Numbered from the stretch's first letter, positions 40,360-51,211 are shown. The stretch is DNA of 64,000 bases from Candidatus Gottesmanbacteria bacterium (GCA_963701185.1 OY969569.1:383054-447053); one strand, 5' to 3'. Translations and numbers: made by a program. The notes: generated by a model not told the origin, from the sequence alone.

Positions 40360-41095
40360 ACGGGTCGGATTTGACAGCTCCGCCGGTCGGAGGCAATGTG
40401 AGCGACGGCGACTCCATAAGCTGCATCCGCGCCACCTTTGCGATGAGCTCGTCATCCGCACTTGTGAGCGCCGTCAGCGGCTGACTGACGGATCCAATCA
40501 TTGAGGGGAGCGGGGCATAGAATGTATCCATCCCCAGAGCCGCCGTTACCATGGTCGCCGACCCGCTACCGGTTTTCTGAAACGAAACATCCAGGGTCCG
40601 GATTCGAACGAGGCGCCGCACCGATATACTGGCAGCCAGAAACCCGCGTAGTTGGTCCAGCGTTCCGGAAATATTTATCGTAAACGGTACGATATTACCT
40701 CCCACCGCTTGTTCATCCGCAGTGACGCGTTTTGCCGACTCGGTCGCAAGCGACCCCAACTTGGCAATTGAAAAATTTCCTGCAGCAACTCCGGTTTTTG
40801 CACTTAATCCATCCAGAGTCCACAACAGTGTCGCAAGTGATTTATCGGAAGGGACGGCGGATAACAAGGTTTGCGCGCTGTTTCGTATCGAACCTTCATC
40901 AATGGACTCCAAAATCGACACTTTATTTTTCAATACATCAACCTCCCGGGATAAATTATTGAATTGCGTATTCATCGCAATTGTTTTCTGTAGAATCGGG
41001 ACGACGCCCAACACAATCCCCAATCCCGAGACAAGAAGGATTCCGATTGAAACAATCAGTTTCTGATACTCACGAAAAAGTTTCGATAGCTGCAT
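40349..41095 (-). CDS. PilO-like type IV pilus alignment protein
   Basis: TM plus coiled coil plus ferredoxin-like domain; lies after pilM and pilN. Confidence 0.6.
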   Translation of the reverse strand: MQLSKLFREYQKLIVSIGILLVSGLGIVLGVVPILQKTIAMNTQFNNLSREVDVLKNKVSILESIDEGSIRNSAQTLLSAVPSDKSLATLLWTLDGLSAKTGVAAGNFSIAKLGSLATESAKRVTADEQAVGGNIVPFTINISGTLDQLRGFLAASISVRRLVRIRTLDVSFQKTGSGSATMVTAALGMDTFYAPLPSMIGSVSQPLTALTSADDELIAKVARMQLMESPSLTLPPTGGAVKSDPFSL

Positions 41096-41102
41096 ACATC
41101 AG

Positions 41103-41648
41103 TTAAAATACGGCAATAAAAGATAATCCGACATCAATGTCTCCGGTCGTTCCGAACTTTAAGGAAATAAGCTGAGGCGCGCGGATTTGTTTTGCTGTTG
41201 CCTGTTTAATCAGAACATCGGTGATGGAAATAACCTCATCGATGGACGCCGCGCGAATCGACAAAGTTACGTTATTCTTATCATCAACGGATACGTCGGA
41301 CATTTGACCGGGAGGAATAAATGACGTGAGCATGTCAAACACGCGGCCGACCGGCTGCTGGATACCCATAATTTTCGTTATCAGTGCAGTGCGCTGTTTA
41401 ATGGAAAACAGCAATCCCTCCTTCAACGCATTTTGCGTAATGATTTGCGAGAGCTCCTGACGTGCCGTTGCCAACCGGTCATACTGAATCTTCAGGTAAG
41501 AATACACCCCGCCGGCAAGGATACCGCTCACGATAAAAATCGCAAGAACCCATAGGCTGAGACGCCAAAAGAACACGGTCACGACTCCCGTTTGCGCAGA
41601 TGTTTCCGGTTTCGTTTGGATAAGATTAATTTTTCTGACGGCGTCCAT
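41103..41648 (-). CDS. PilN-like protein
   Basis: INL motif, then TM and coiled coil. Confidence 0.65.
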   Translation of the reverse strand: MDAVRKINLIQTKPETSAQTGVVTVFFWRLSLWVLAIFIVSGILAGGVYSYLKIQYDRLATARQELSQIITQNALKEGLLFSIKQRTALITKIMGIQQPVGRVFDMLTSFIPPGQMSDVSVDDKNNVTLSIRAASIDEVISITDVLIKQATAKQIRAPQLISLKFGTTGDIDVGLSFIAVF

Positions 41649-41657
41649 ACTGTTTCC

Positions 41658-42680
41658 TTACGTGCGCAGCGCGAGTCCTACGGCAACACAAAAATTCGGC
41701 CCTTCCGCAGTCAGCACAGAAAATCGGGAGGGCCTACTAATCCCGACCCATGGATTTGCCAGTTGCACTTCGACACCCAGTGATTGGGCCAGATACACCA
41801 CCATGCCCGGCAGCCGTGCCGTTCCGCCGGACAATAACACCAGTTGCACACGGTCATCTTTATATTTCTCCTGATAAAATACCAGTGCCCGTTTCAATTC
41901 ATTTATGATCGTATCGGTAATCGGTTTGGCGGCGGCGGCTATTTTCCCTTCAAGTTTATCCTGCTGGACACCGTATGCCCGCTTATATTCTTCCGCTTGC
42001 GTTACATTAAAGTCCAGGCTCTGGGCGATGGAGCGGGTGATTGCATCTCCCCCCGAGGAAATTGAACGGGTGAACGTCAAAATTCCGTTTCTGACAATAG
42101 CAACATCTGTCGTTTGTGCTCCCAACGACACGATCATAACGCTGCGAATATTGGGTACCGATCGGGTAAGGACGCGTGTCGTGGCAATAACTTCAGTTTC
42201 TGCCGCAACCGGCGTTAATTCCGCAAGCTCCAAAATACTCAAATAATAGCCTACCAGCGCTTTCGGAGCCGCAACCAACAATGCTTCCATTTTATTTGTT
42301 CCTGTCTCTTTCGCATCGCGAAGAACGGTAAAATCCAAGTTTACCTGATCCAGAGGGAGGGGGATGTATTGTTCCGCTTCCCAACGGATTGCGGATGCGA
42401 GCTCCCTCTGAGAGAGCGCCGGCACTTCAATAACACGCGTAAAAACTTTCGACTCCGGAAGTGCAATACGCACGTCTTTTGATTTAACGCCCGTCTCTTT
42501 TACGAGGCGCTTAATAGCCTGGGCGACTGCCTCAGTATCAGCCTGGACGGAAGAGGCGAGCGCTTTGGGCGGGGTAGGAATACTGCCCGCGGCCATAAGT
42601 CCCGCGGAAGCTCCCTCAATCCCCAGCTCAATGAGCTTTATGGTGCGCGATCCAATATCAAGTCCGAGCGATACATTCAT
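41658..42680 (-). CDS. pilM: type IV pilus assembly protein PilM
   Basis: GLDIGSRTIK, WEAEQYIP, LSGGTA, VGLALR. Confidence 0.93.
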   Translation of the reverse strand: MNVSLGLDIGSRTIKLIELGIEGASAGLMAAGSIPTPPKALASSVQADTEAVAQAIKRLVKETGVKSKDVRIALPESKVFTRVIEVPALSQRELASAIRWEAEQYIPLPLDQVNLDFTVLRDAKETGTNKMEALLVAAPKALVGYYLSILELAELTPVAAETEVIATTRVLTRSVPNIRSVMIVSLGAQTTDVAIVRNGILTFTRSISSGGDAITRSIAQSLDFNVTQAEEYKRAYGVQQDKLEGKIAAAAKPITDTIINELKRALVFYQEKYKDDRVQLVLLSGGTARLPGMVVYLAQSLGVEVQLANPWVGISRPSRFSVLTAEGPNFCVAVGLALRT

Positions 42681-42694
42681 ATGGGCAGAACGTG

Positions 42695-43513
42695 TTATTG
42701 GGAAAACGATCCCTCACTATATACTGCATAATCAAAAAGAGATGCCGGGGCGCGATATTGCTTATAGGCAACTATTTTTCTGTTTACATCGCTTCCGGAC
42801 GTACCGGTAGATTCGATTCTGCTTCCCTGCTCCGGAAGAACCTGCGCGGGGGCGACAGCGATACGTGCTCCGCTATACACCGGCCGGATGCGAAGTGCGA
42901 TGAGCGTATCAGACGCAGGAGTGATTCCCAAATCAGAAAATGTCATCGTGGCGGAATATGCGGTATTTGTGGTGCAGCCGCCGGCCGCCGCCGCGGAAAA
43001 ATTATTTGACCGGGAATCCGGATCATATGCTGCTTTGGCTACCTGGTATGATCCGCCGAATTTACGGTAAAGAATGGAAACAGCGACAGCAGGATTCGGC
43101 GATTCGCTGCTCCAACATACGCCTATCGTATTTACCGTATATGTAGGCGTCTCTACGATGAGACCGGTCGATGGATCATGATTCACCAACCATACGGTTT
43201 CGGTGTCCTGTTTTAATGTTTTTTGAGGAAACTCGAACGGACTGGCGCTCCCGCCCACGGGGGTAACCGCCACGTTATATTTCACCCCTAACGCCGAATC
43301 GAGCGTATCTGCACTCGCAATACCTGATTTAAGACCTTCTTCGATTCCTGCTTCCGCCGCGGAAAATGCTCGGCTTGACTCTTCTACATTCCGGGTCACG
43401 GAAACATCGGTCGTTGACCTGGCAATAAGTGACAATCCCACGGTCGTTGCCACCATCAACACCAAAAGGGAAATAAGTGCTATTTGACCTGATTGTTTGT
43501 TCTTTCGAACCAT
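42695..43513 (-). CDS. PilX-like minor pilin
   Basis: SGQIALISLL...RAFSAAEAGIE. Confidence 0.75.
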   Translation of the reverse strand: MVRKNKQSGQIALISLLVLMVATTVGLSLIARSTTDVSVTRNVEESSRAFSAAEAGIEEGLKSGIASADTLDSALGVKYNVAVTPVGGSASPFEFPQKTLKQDTETVWLVNHDPSTGLIVETPTYTVNTIGVCWSSESPNPAVAVSILYRKFGGSYQVAKAAYDPDSRSNNFSAAAAGGCTTNTAYSATMTFSDLGITPASDTLIALRIRPVYSGARIAVAPAQVLPEQGSRIESTGTSGSDVNRKIVAYKQYRAPASLFDYAVYSEGSFSQ

Positions 43514-43563
43514 GATATGTCTTTATTGTAATAACCGTCTATCCATTTAGCAAGCCTATTGCA

Positions 43564-44118
43564 TCAATTCCTCATGCGTACGGTGCTGTTAAATGCCGAT
43601 CTTCCGCTTTCATACGGGCTTGCCGACACTCCGATCTGTCCCAGGGTGAACGTCACGGCAACTTGGTTCTGAGTAGCGCCGGAAGCCGGCGGGCAGGAAA
43701 ACGAAAGCGAGCTGTCGGCACAGCTACTCCCCCCGGATGTGCTTAAGGTTATTGCTGCGCCGGTCAAATACACCACGGCACCCGCGGCGCTTTTCGATGC
43801 AATACGTGCCGCATTCCCGTCGGAAAAACACGTAAAAACCGTCACGTTATTATCCGGATTTCTAATTTTAGCTGACGGCGTGGATGTGGCACCGACGGTA
43901 CATGGTGTTTCGATGACGGAGGCGGCACGCACCATGCGGTCGATAATGTCCAATGCAAAATTGCCGTCCCGTTTAATATCCGTCAGGATTTCCGTTTTTT
44001 TGTTTACGTGGGTGGTCGTAAACAGCACCTGCGCCAGCAGTGTTGAGACAATCGCAAGAATCCCAACCGATATTAAAATTTCCATCAGTGTGAACCCTTT
44101 ATTTTTAGCAATCTTCAT
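43564..44118 (-). CDS. prepilin-type minor pilin (PilW/GspJ-like)
   Basis: KGFTLMEIL. Confidence 0.8.
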   Translation of the reverse strand: MKIAKNKGFTLMEILISVGILAIVSTLLAQVLFTTTHVNKKTEILTDIKRDGNFALDIIDRMVRAASVIETPCTVGATSTPSAKIRNPDNNVTVFTCFSDGNAARIASKSAAGAVVYLTGAAITLSTSGGSSCADSSLSFSCPPASGATQNQVAVTFTLGQIGVSASPYESGRSAFNSTVRMRN

Positions 44119-44123
44119 ACATC

Positions 44124-44561
44124 TCATTTCCATTGAGTCAAATATGTTATCAATTGGACTGCATTTAAGGGATTGGTTGTATCGCCCCACTTCACATCTG
44201 ATGTTACTTTCATCGTTGGAACGCCGGGGACCATGGTGGTTTGAAGTGTGACGGTTCGGGTAAATTTGTTGTCGATATTGGGCGCACAGGTTGCCTGTAC
44301 AAAAGCTCCGCCGGATCCGACACAATAGAGTGTGCCTCCCGAGCTTCCCATCGCCTCAAATGCACTCCACCCCGCATCCCGCAGCCCGCGTGCGAGTTCA
44401 ACACCGACTTGAGCATGAGAAAGGGCTTCGCTTCGAACCCGCAGCACCTCTGAACGGCTCAGCGACGCAGTCGTTCCGGCAACAATACCGGTGGCCAAAA
44501 GTACGATCACGCCGACGATGACGATCATTTCTACAAGTGTTTGACCTTGTTGTTTTACCAT
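44124..44561 (-). CDS. prepilin-type minor pilin (PilV/GspI-like)
   Basis: QGQTLVEM. Confidence 0.75.
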   Translation of the reverse strand: MVKQQGQTLVEMIVIVGVIVLLATGIVAGTTASLSRSEVLRVRSEALSHAQVGVELARGLRDAGWSAFEAMGSSGGTLYCVGSGGAFVQATCAPNIDNKFTRTVTLQTTMVPGVPTMKVTSDVKWGDTTNPLNAVQLITYLTQWK

Positions 44562-44589
44562 AATGTACTCTATGGGGGGGCGTCAGTAC

Positions 44590-45045
44590 TTAATCCGATA
44601 CAATACCGGATGTAAATACGGACACCACCGATGTCGTTCCGAATCCCGTGAGCGTGATTGTCCGATCCGCCGATGCTCCGCGATTAAGCGCATAAAACGT
44701 AACAGATCCGGGGGTGGGGGAAAATAACACACCCGCCGGAAGCAAGTAAGATTCTGTATCTCCTACTTCGCCGGACTGGCAAAGCGCCCGTGCTGTATAA
44801 GATCCGGAATCCGGAAATTTCACAATATATCCGATGAGAGTATCACACCCGGCAGACTTATTACCGGACGCTGCCTTGGTCCTCACGGCCTGGAGATTGC
44901 GGACGAGCGTCGAAGCCGCCTGTTTGACAGTTTGGGAGCTATTAAATCCGTTATACCCAGCCATGAACAAACCGCTCAGAACAAGAAGGAGGGTAATACT
45001 TACGATGATCTCTATGAGGGTAAATCCGTGGGCTCGAAACTCCAT
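44590..45045 (-). CDS. prepilin-type minor pilin (FimT/GspH-like)
   Basis: HGFTLIEII. Confidence 0.8.
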   Translation of the reverse strand: MEFRAHGFTLIEIIVSITLLLVLSGLFMAGYNGFNSSQTVKQAASTLVRNLQAVRTKAASGNKSAGCDTLIGYIVKFPDSGSYTARALCQSGEVGDTESYLLPAGVLFSPTPGSVTFYALNRGASADRTITLTGFGTTSVVSVFTSGIVSD

Positions 45046-45047
45046 AG

Positions 45048-45479
45048 TTAGGGATTTTTTAAGCCGTAGTTGCATCCTGCGGGAAGCGTCACTCCTGTAC
45101 ACGTACCGCTTCCTGAAAGGTTCTCCAGACTGGCACAAATGCAATAATTATAATACGGAGCAGTCCCCAGCGGGGAATAATAATACGCACTGGTGCTTTT
45201 AGGATCCGCGGGAACTGACGGCATATATGTTGAAACAAGAGCGGACTCCAAATCCGTCAGCAATCTGAATCCGGTGGTTGATCCGGCGGGATAAAATCCA
45301 TTATCCGTACGGAACATTTCAAGCGCGCTTCGCACCTGCTCCAGATCACTTCTGCGTTTAGCGTCCCTGGAGCGTTTGTTAATGGACGCATAGGATGCAG
45401 CACCGACCACGGATAATACGGCAATGATCGTTGCCGCCACCAGTATTTCTATTAACGTAAACCCATTGTTTTTTTTCAT
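45048..45479 (-). CDS. GspG-like pilin
   Basis: NGFTLIEIL...SRDAKRRSDL...VPADP. Confidence 0.85.
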   Translation of the reverse strand: MKKNNGFTLIEILVAATIIAVLSVVGAASYASINKRSRDAKRRSDLEQVRSALEMFRTDNGFYPAGSTTGFRLLTDLESALVSTYMPSVPADPKSTSAYYYSPLGTAPYYNYCICASLENLSGSGTCTGVTLPAGCNYGLKNP

Positions 45480-45481
45480 AG

Positions 45482-45892
45482 TTATTGCAGATTCCGCACG
45501 CAATCTATTCCAAGATATGGGCTTGCCGCTACAGCGCCATTACAATCAGTTTTACTGTTGGTTTCTCCTTCGAGATTCGCACAAAAACAGTACGTCGTGG
45601 CGGTACAGCTGGATTGGTACGGAATCGTCGTTGAGCCGCTTTTCGGATCTACAGGAATACCGCTTGGCAAGTACGTTGCCGATATCGTACACGTCCCCGG
45701 GTAACTCGCGCTATTATCCGCATAATATTGTTCCCACGCATTCTGCACGGCTTTCAAATCCCCATGCCTTCTGGCATCCCGGCTCTTTTTTTGTGCAGAT
45801 GAATAGGAAGCAATGCTTATTGATATGAGAATACCGATAATGGCAATCACGATGAGAAGTTCCATGAGGGTAAAACCCCGTTTATTTTTCAT
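45482..45892 (-). CDS. GspG-like pilin
   Basis: RGFTLMELL...SRDARRHGDL...PVDP. Confidence 0.85.
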   Translation of the reverse strand: MKNKRGFTLMELLIVIAIIGILISISIASYSSAQKKSRDARRHGDLKAVQNAWEQYYADNSASYPGTCTISATYLPSGIPVDPKSGSTTIPYQSSCTATTYCFCANLEGETNSKTDCNGAVAASPYLGIDCVRNLQ

Positions 45893-46590
45893 AAAAATAA
45901 CCTCCATAGAGCGGTAAGTTGCGGCTGCCAGATCCAAGCCGCCACCGTTCCTATTACAAGAAACGGCCCGAAAGCAATTTTGCTTTTCCAGGTTTTTTTC
46001 CGGCTCATCATCAGTATGACACCCGCAAAAGACCCCGTCAAGAAGGCTATATAAAATGCAATCACGACCCCGGGAAATCCTAATACTAACCCCATAAGAA
46101 ATGCAAACTTGACATCTCCGAATCCCATTCCTTTGCCGCGGGTGATAGCCCATACAAGATATAAGAACGCGAAGCTTCCGACTGCGGAAACCACATGCAT
46201 GCCGTTCCACAGGGTGCCGATGATACCCAAGACAATCATGCTATCCGGTATGATCTGATATTTAAGGTCAGCGACAAAAATAACAAGCAAAGACATAAAA
46301 AGAATATAGAAAGCAATCCCATGTGGATACAACAGCACAAATCCGAGTGCGGTAACAAATTCAATCAACGGATATTGGACCGATAATTTTTTTCCGCATC
46401 GTCGGCACCGGCCCTTTTGAATAAGAAAAGAAACAATAGGAATAAGCTCATACCAACGCAGTGTCTTCTTGCAGAAATCGCACCGGGAACGCCCCCACAA
46501 TATGCTTTCTCCCTGCGGCAGTCGGTCAATTAATACATTGGCAAACGACCCGACCGCCAACCCCAGAATAAAAAGAAAAAGCGTCGTCAT
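45889..46590 (-). CDS. pilD: prepilin peptidase
   Basis: GSFANV, RSRC..C, C..C, GMGFGDVK, FGPFL. Confidence 0.93.
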   Translation of the reverse strand: MTTLFLFILGLAVGSFANVLIDRLPQGESILWGRSRCDFCKKTLRWYELIPIVSFLIQKGRCRRCGKKLSVQYPLIEFVTALGFVLLYPHGIAFYILFMSLLVIFVADLKYQIIPDSMIVLGIIGTLWNGMHVVSAVGSFAFLYLVWAITRGKGMGFGDVKFAFLMGLVLGFPGVVIAFYIAFLTGSFAGVILMMSRKKTWKSKIAFGPFLVIGTVAAWIWQPQLTALWRLFL

Positions 46591-46643
46591 ACTCCCAGTG
46601 TCTGATCTTACGCACCGCGTGTCAAGTATGGTACACTCGCTCC

Positions 46644-48782
46644 ATGAAATGGACGTGGCGGGATACCTACGCAATCGGCCTTATCACCCTCGTTGTCGGT
46701 GCATTTTTCTTCCGGTTATTCTGGCCTACCCCTCAGCTTATCGTCACTCCCGATTTCGGACAAAGCGACGCCGTGGCCTCCATTGCAACGAAATTTTTTT
46801 ACAGCAGAGAACTTGCCGACCATCGCATACCGCTGTGGACGTCTGCAATCGGCGGGGGATATCCGATATTTGCCCTGGGCACGATGGCGGCGTTTTTTTT
46901 ACCGAATCTTATTTTTTTCAGCATCTTTCGTACAGTCACGGCATACAATCTCACGCTCGTCTTTTCTGTGTGTTTGATGGGATGGGGCATGTACGTGTGG
47001 CTTCGTCTTATGAACTGCCGGCCGCTTGCATGCCTGTTCGGATCACTAACCACTGTTCTTTCCGGTTACACGATCGCCCAGCTTCCCCATATCACCATCG
47101 TGCAAAGTTATAGTCTTTTTCCCTGGCTTGCCGCCCTCACCCTGAAGGCGGCCACCAAGAAATCGTGGTATACCGTGGGGTGGTTTATCATTTTTCTGTC
47201 GCAACAAATTTTCATCGGGTTTCCGCAATCCGTATTTATTACGCTCCTATTCCTGGCCGCATACTGGATCTGGCTCAAACCGAAAAATATTTCATTTATT
47301 ATTGCCGTAGGCGGCGGATGTATCGCGGGGGCCGCTCAACTTCTTCCGTCGCTGGAATACTTAAAAACGCTTGCAACGGCGAATGGTTTTTCCCCGGATC
47401 AGGCAATGAAATTCTCCTACCCATTCAAACACCTTCTCACGCTCATTCATCCGTTCGCTTTGGGTAATCCTGCAACAGGCACCTACCCCAATTTTTCACG
47501 GTTTGGAGGAAGTATTTTTTGGGAAAATACCGCATATATCGGTATTATTCCTTTGATACTCCTTACCCTGTATAGTATTTTGGCCCTGCGGAAAAAACTG
47601 CGGCCAGGCTCCATGTTCTTTTTTATCCTTGTTCTTGCCGTATCCCTGCTTCTTATGACCGGTCGGAATTCACCGCTGTATTTAATTTATTCATTTTGGC
47701 CCTTTAATATCTTCCGCGTCCCTTCGCGGTTCGTTTGGCTTTTTGAAATCGCACTGATTATCATGAGTGTTCATGCCTTCAATCGACTGATCGGGTATGT
47801 TCGAAAAACGGCACCATTGATCATTTTCATCCATACCTCATCGTTGTTTGTCGTGTGGTTTTCCTATCATCTGCTTGTTCCGGCCTCACAATGGCTGCAA
47901 AATCCGCCGCTTGCCCAATACATCGATCGTTCATTTTATACGATAAGTATCGGAGCAGAAAGTTTATACAATGCTCTCAATGCCCGGGAAAACGGCCCCT
48001 CGTATTTTCTCCGCAACACCCTGACACCTGATAAAAGCATATTGTGGAATGTGCCTCACATCGGGGACTATACAGGACGAACAATACGCAGATCCGGGGT
48101 ACTTACTGATATAGTAAATCAGTCCATTACGACGGATGCATCGGGCGCCACAATAAGCGCCTCCGGCCGCAAGCTCCTTACTCTGTTGTCCATTAAAAAC
48201 GTTATCAGTGCCCTTCCTCTTACCCAGGAAGGACTCTTGCGTAAGACATCCGTCTCTTATGCGAACCGTACCATTGACCTCTTTGAAAATTCTGAGGCGT
48301 TGCCGGCCGTATATGTTGCAAAAAAAGCGATTCCCGTGCATACCGTCGAGGATGCGATAGCGGCATTTGCCTCTGATGCGTTTATTCCCGGCGATACCGT
48401 GCTTGTGGAGTCGGATGCTACCCCCGCAGCAACCCTCATTCAGGCAGATGTAGAAATCAAATCATCCGGGCAGGGAGTGTACGCCGTCAATGTGACGAAC
48501 CCGAACGAACATGCAATTCTTGTCCTCACCCAATCGTATTATCCCGGATGGCACGCAACAATTGATACAAAAGAGGTGCCCATATTTCCGGTCAATATCA
48601 AACATATCGGCATACAGGTGCCCGCCGGAAATCACTCCGTCGAATTCCGCTACCGGCCGGACAGTTTTATGTACGGGGCGTTGGTGAGCGGCGTATCTCT
48701 GGGTGTTACAATTTTTCTAATGGTGTTTGGGTTTTTCCGCTCGCAGCATCATACGCATCAAAAAGCTCTTGGGCGCGGATAG
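46644..48782 (+). CDS. YfhO-family GT-C membrane glycosyltransferase
   Basis: IPLW....GG.P, multi-TM, YIG, FRVPSRF, C-terminal YYPGWHA...GNHSVEFRY.P. Confidence 0.8.
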   Translation: MKWTWRDTYAIGLITLVVGAFFFRLFWPTPQLIVTPDFGQSDAVASIATKFFYSRELADHRIPLWTSAIGGGYPIFALGTMAAFFLPNLIFFSIFRTVTAYNLTLVFSVCLMGWGMYVWLRLMNCRPLACLFGSLTTVLSGYTIAQLPHITIVQSYSLFPWLAALTLKAATKKSWYTVGWFIIFLSQQIFIGFPQSVFITLLFLAAYWIWLKPKNISFIIAVGGGCIAGAAQLLPSLEYLKTLATANGFSPDQAMKFSYPFKHLLTLIHPFALGNPATGTYPNFSRFGGSIFWENTAYIGIIPLILLTLYSILALRKKLRPGSMFFFILVLAVSLLLMTGRNSPLYLIYSFWPFNIFRVPSRFVWLFEIALIIMSVHAFNRLIGYVRKTAPLIIFIHTSSLFVVWFSYHLLVPASQWLQNPPLAQYIDRSFYTISIGAESLYNALNARENGPSYFLRNTLTPDKSILWNVPHIGDYTGRTIRRSGVLTDIVNQSITTDASGATISASGRKLLTLLSIKNVISALPLTQEGLLRKTSVSYANRTIDLFENSEALPAVYVAKKAIPVHTVEDAIAAFASDAFIPGDTVLVESDATPAATLIQADVEIKSSGQGVYAVNVTNPNEHAILVLTQSYYPGWHATIDTKEVPIFPVNIKHIGIQVPAGNHSVEFRYRPDSFMYGALVSGVSLGVTIFLMVFGFFRSQHHTHQKALGRG

Positions 48783-50637
48783 TGTCGCCGATACAATCGC
48801 GATAGGTACGTGCCTCATAATAGGTAATGGTACTGTCCGGTACGAGGCTTACTTTTTTTGCCGATTCAAATGCAGCGAGCGCCTCTGTGCATTTTTTTTG
48901 GAAAAGCCGCGTCACGCCTTCATACGTATAGGCATTTGCAAGCTCTCCGTCTCCGGCAACCGATACTGCGGCGCTAAACTGATCATACGCTTCATCCAAC
49001 ATGCCCGCGCGCATGAGTGCCGTCCCCAATGCAATCCGCGATCCGGCATACACATCACGCACATCCGAGAGCATGAGGTGATTATACCGCGATAATATAC
49101 CCGATGTCGGATCGTGCATTGTTTTCCACATCGCAAGATTCTCTTCATACATAGCGGAGGGCGACGGCTGCTCTTTTTCATCCACCAATTCATAGGTTAA
49201 CCCGTACGGCACCCAATACCATCCCGAACCGACAGAGAGCGGCGTGTTTGAAAATATCCGTCTCTTTGATCGTTGGGTCGTCACGAGATTCATCGTTGCG
49301 TCGCCGGTTCCCTGAAACGTAAGATCGGGAAATATCCCCTTCAGTGTCATCTGATAATCAGGTGACTGTAACCGGTTTACGTGAAGTGCAACAATGTCCG
49401 GACGAAAAGACAGGGCATAGCGCATATACTGCGTACTAAAGAGCGTCGAATCACGGCTTAAAAAAAGAATGCTTCCGGCGGGCAGCGGCGAGAGAATGTC
49501 GAGCCCGAGATTATCTGCCGTCCTGTCGGCCGGCAATCCATAAAACCGCCAGAATGTCACACCGAGCTGACTGACGGGGTAGAGGAATATGATCACAGAT
49601 GCAACAATAAGAACAACCGGCCTTGCGCGGAAATATTTCCCTGATGCAATCTCTCCCAGTCCGATACCGGCCACGACAACAAAGAGGACATACGACGGCA
49701 GTAAAAACCGCTCATATGTGCCGAGCGTAAACCGGCTGACCAACGGAAAGCTCGCATAAAAGAAAAAGAGGGGACCCAAAAAAAGGAGGGCAAGAACAAA
49801 AAAGCTGCAAAGCCTGCGGTCGCGCTTCCATAATGAAAAACATCCAAGCGACATAAGGAGGATTCCGACCCAGGTAAAATCCAATACTATTAACTGTGCA
49901 TATGCCTGAATCTGAAGTAAACGTTGACTGAGCTGGAGTCCGGCGCCGGCGCCGGACATAAAGGTGCCGTAGTCAGCCCGTGTCACCAGACGGATAAATC
50001 CACTCATGTCTACAGGACGGTCCCAATTAATAATCGAGTGTCCGCGGGCGGCGACAAATACGTATGCGTACGGCACCAAACCCGCCAAAAACCACCATAC
50101 CGTTGATAGCCGCACTCTGTTACCCCACAGCCGGTAGATCGCAGCCGGAACCAAAAATAGTATCATGTGATGATGCGTAAGGGCCAATCCGAAGACGAAT
50201 GCGATAAGGGAAAGAGAACTCCTGCGGATCAAAAGATATACCAAGATAATAACAAAAAGATCAAAAAGTCCAAATACTTCCGGCGTGACGCTGTAGAGGA
50301 AAAACAGGTAATTACCCAAGAGCAAAACCGCGCTGAATAATCCGATGAATTTCCGCTTCGTCAGTGAAGAAACAAGCAGATACACACATCCGACCGCGAT
50401 CGCGTGCGGCAGGCTCGACAATAATCCTACCCTCCAGGCAGGAGTAAATAAAGACAATTGAGAGGCAATCCAGCCGAAAAACGTATACAGCGGATATCCG
50501 GGAGGGTGGGCAACGCCGAACGTGGCCGCCGCCGTCACGAGATCCCCTGAATCGCCGCCGACAATACCTTGTGCCTGAAACAAGAGGAATGTAATGAATG
50601 AGAATAAACCGACAAGTGCCGCCAAAACGCTCTCCAT
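48706..50637 (-). CDS. DUF2723/TMEM260-like GT-C protein O-glycosyltransferase with C-terminal TPR
   Basis: GDSGDL...GVAHPPGYPLY, EVF, THH, multi-TM, TPR-like tail. Confidence 0.8.
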   Translation of the reverse strand: MESVLAALVGLFSFITFLLFQAQGIVGGDSGDLVTAAATFGVAHPPGYPLYTFFGWIASQLSLFTPAWRVGLLSSLPHAIAVGCVYLLVSSLTKRKFIGLFSAVLLLGNYLFFLYSVTPEVFGLFDLFVIILVYLLIRRSSLSLIAFVFGLALTHHHMILFLVPAAIYRLWGNRVRLSTVWWFLAGLVPYAYVFVAARGHSIINWDRPVDMSGFIRLVTRADYGTFMSGAGAGLQLSQRLLQIQAYAQLIVLDFTWVGILLMSLGCFSLWKRDRRLCSFFVLALLFLGPLFFFYASFPLVSRFTLGTYERFLLPSYVLFVVVAGIGLGEIASGKYFRARPVVLIVASVIIFLYPVSQLGVTFWRFYGLPADRTADNLGLDILSPLPAGSILFLSRDSTLFSTQYMRYALSFRPDIVALHVNRLQSPDYQMTLKGIFPDLTFQGTGDATMNLVTTQRSKRRIFSNTPLSVGSGWYWVPYGLTYELVDEKEQPSPSAMYEENLAMWKTMHDPTSGILSRYNHLMLSDVRDVYAGSRIALGTALMRAGMLDEAYDQFSAAVSVAGDGELANAYTYEGVTRLFQKKCTEALAAFESAKKVSLVPDSTITYYEARTYRDCIGDTIRAQELFDAYDAASGKTQTPLEKL

Positions 50638-51149
50638 TACTGGATGCAGTAGAAGCAGTCGGACGTCGCACCTGCGCCGGTGCCGGATTTACAGGTCGTA
50701 ATCGATGTCCCGCCGCTTATATCATAGACCGTATTGGGATCAATCTGAAACCCTTTGGATTGCGGCTTGAAACAGGTGTGGAGAGATTCTCCGCCGGTGC
50801 TATACACATAGATGCCGTTCGGTCCGCCTGTGGCAGCCTGTGCAAGCGTCAAAAAGCCGGTCTTTAGTTCTCCCGCTTGTTCCAGTGCGTTGACGTATCC
50901 CGTCACAGACGCATCGCCGATTGACGTTGGTCCCACCATGCTGGTATTCCACGGAAACTGCCCTTTGGTAGAATAATACCGCAGGTTGGCATTATAAAAT
51001 TCCGAGAGTGTATTTCGTGTCGATGTGTCCCGGCCTTTTTTGAGCTGTTCAAACGGATCAATAGCGGCAAGCAATCCAACTGCAAGAGCGCCGAGAAGTG
51101 CGATGACAATAAGAAGTTCAATAAGCGTGAATCCTCGTGTTGATTTCAT
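50637..51149 (-). CDS. type IV pilin (probable major pilin)
   Basis: RGFTLIELLIVIA...IDP.EQ.KK.RD; C-terminal Cys. Confidence 0.85.
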   Translation of the reverse strand: MKSTRGFTLIELLIVIALLGALAVGLLAAIDPFEQLKKGRDTSTRNTLSEFYNANLRYYSTKGQFPWNTSMVGPTSIGDASVTGYVNALEQAGELKTGFLTLAQAATGGPNGIYVYSTGGESLHTCFKPQSKGFQIDPNTVYDISGGTSITTCKSGTGAGATSDCFYCIQ

Positions 51150-51211
51150 AATAAATAATCTCCTTTATTTACTTGTATCATTGTATTTATCCCCATGTCA
51201 ATAGGGGTAAA

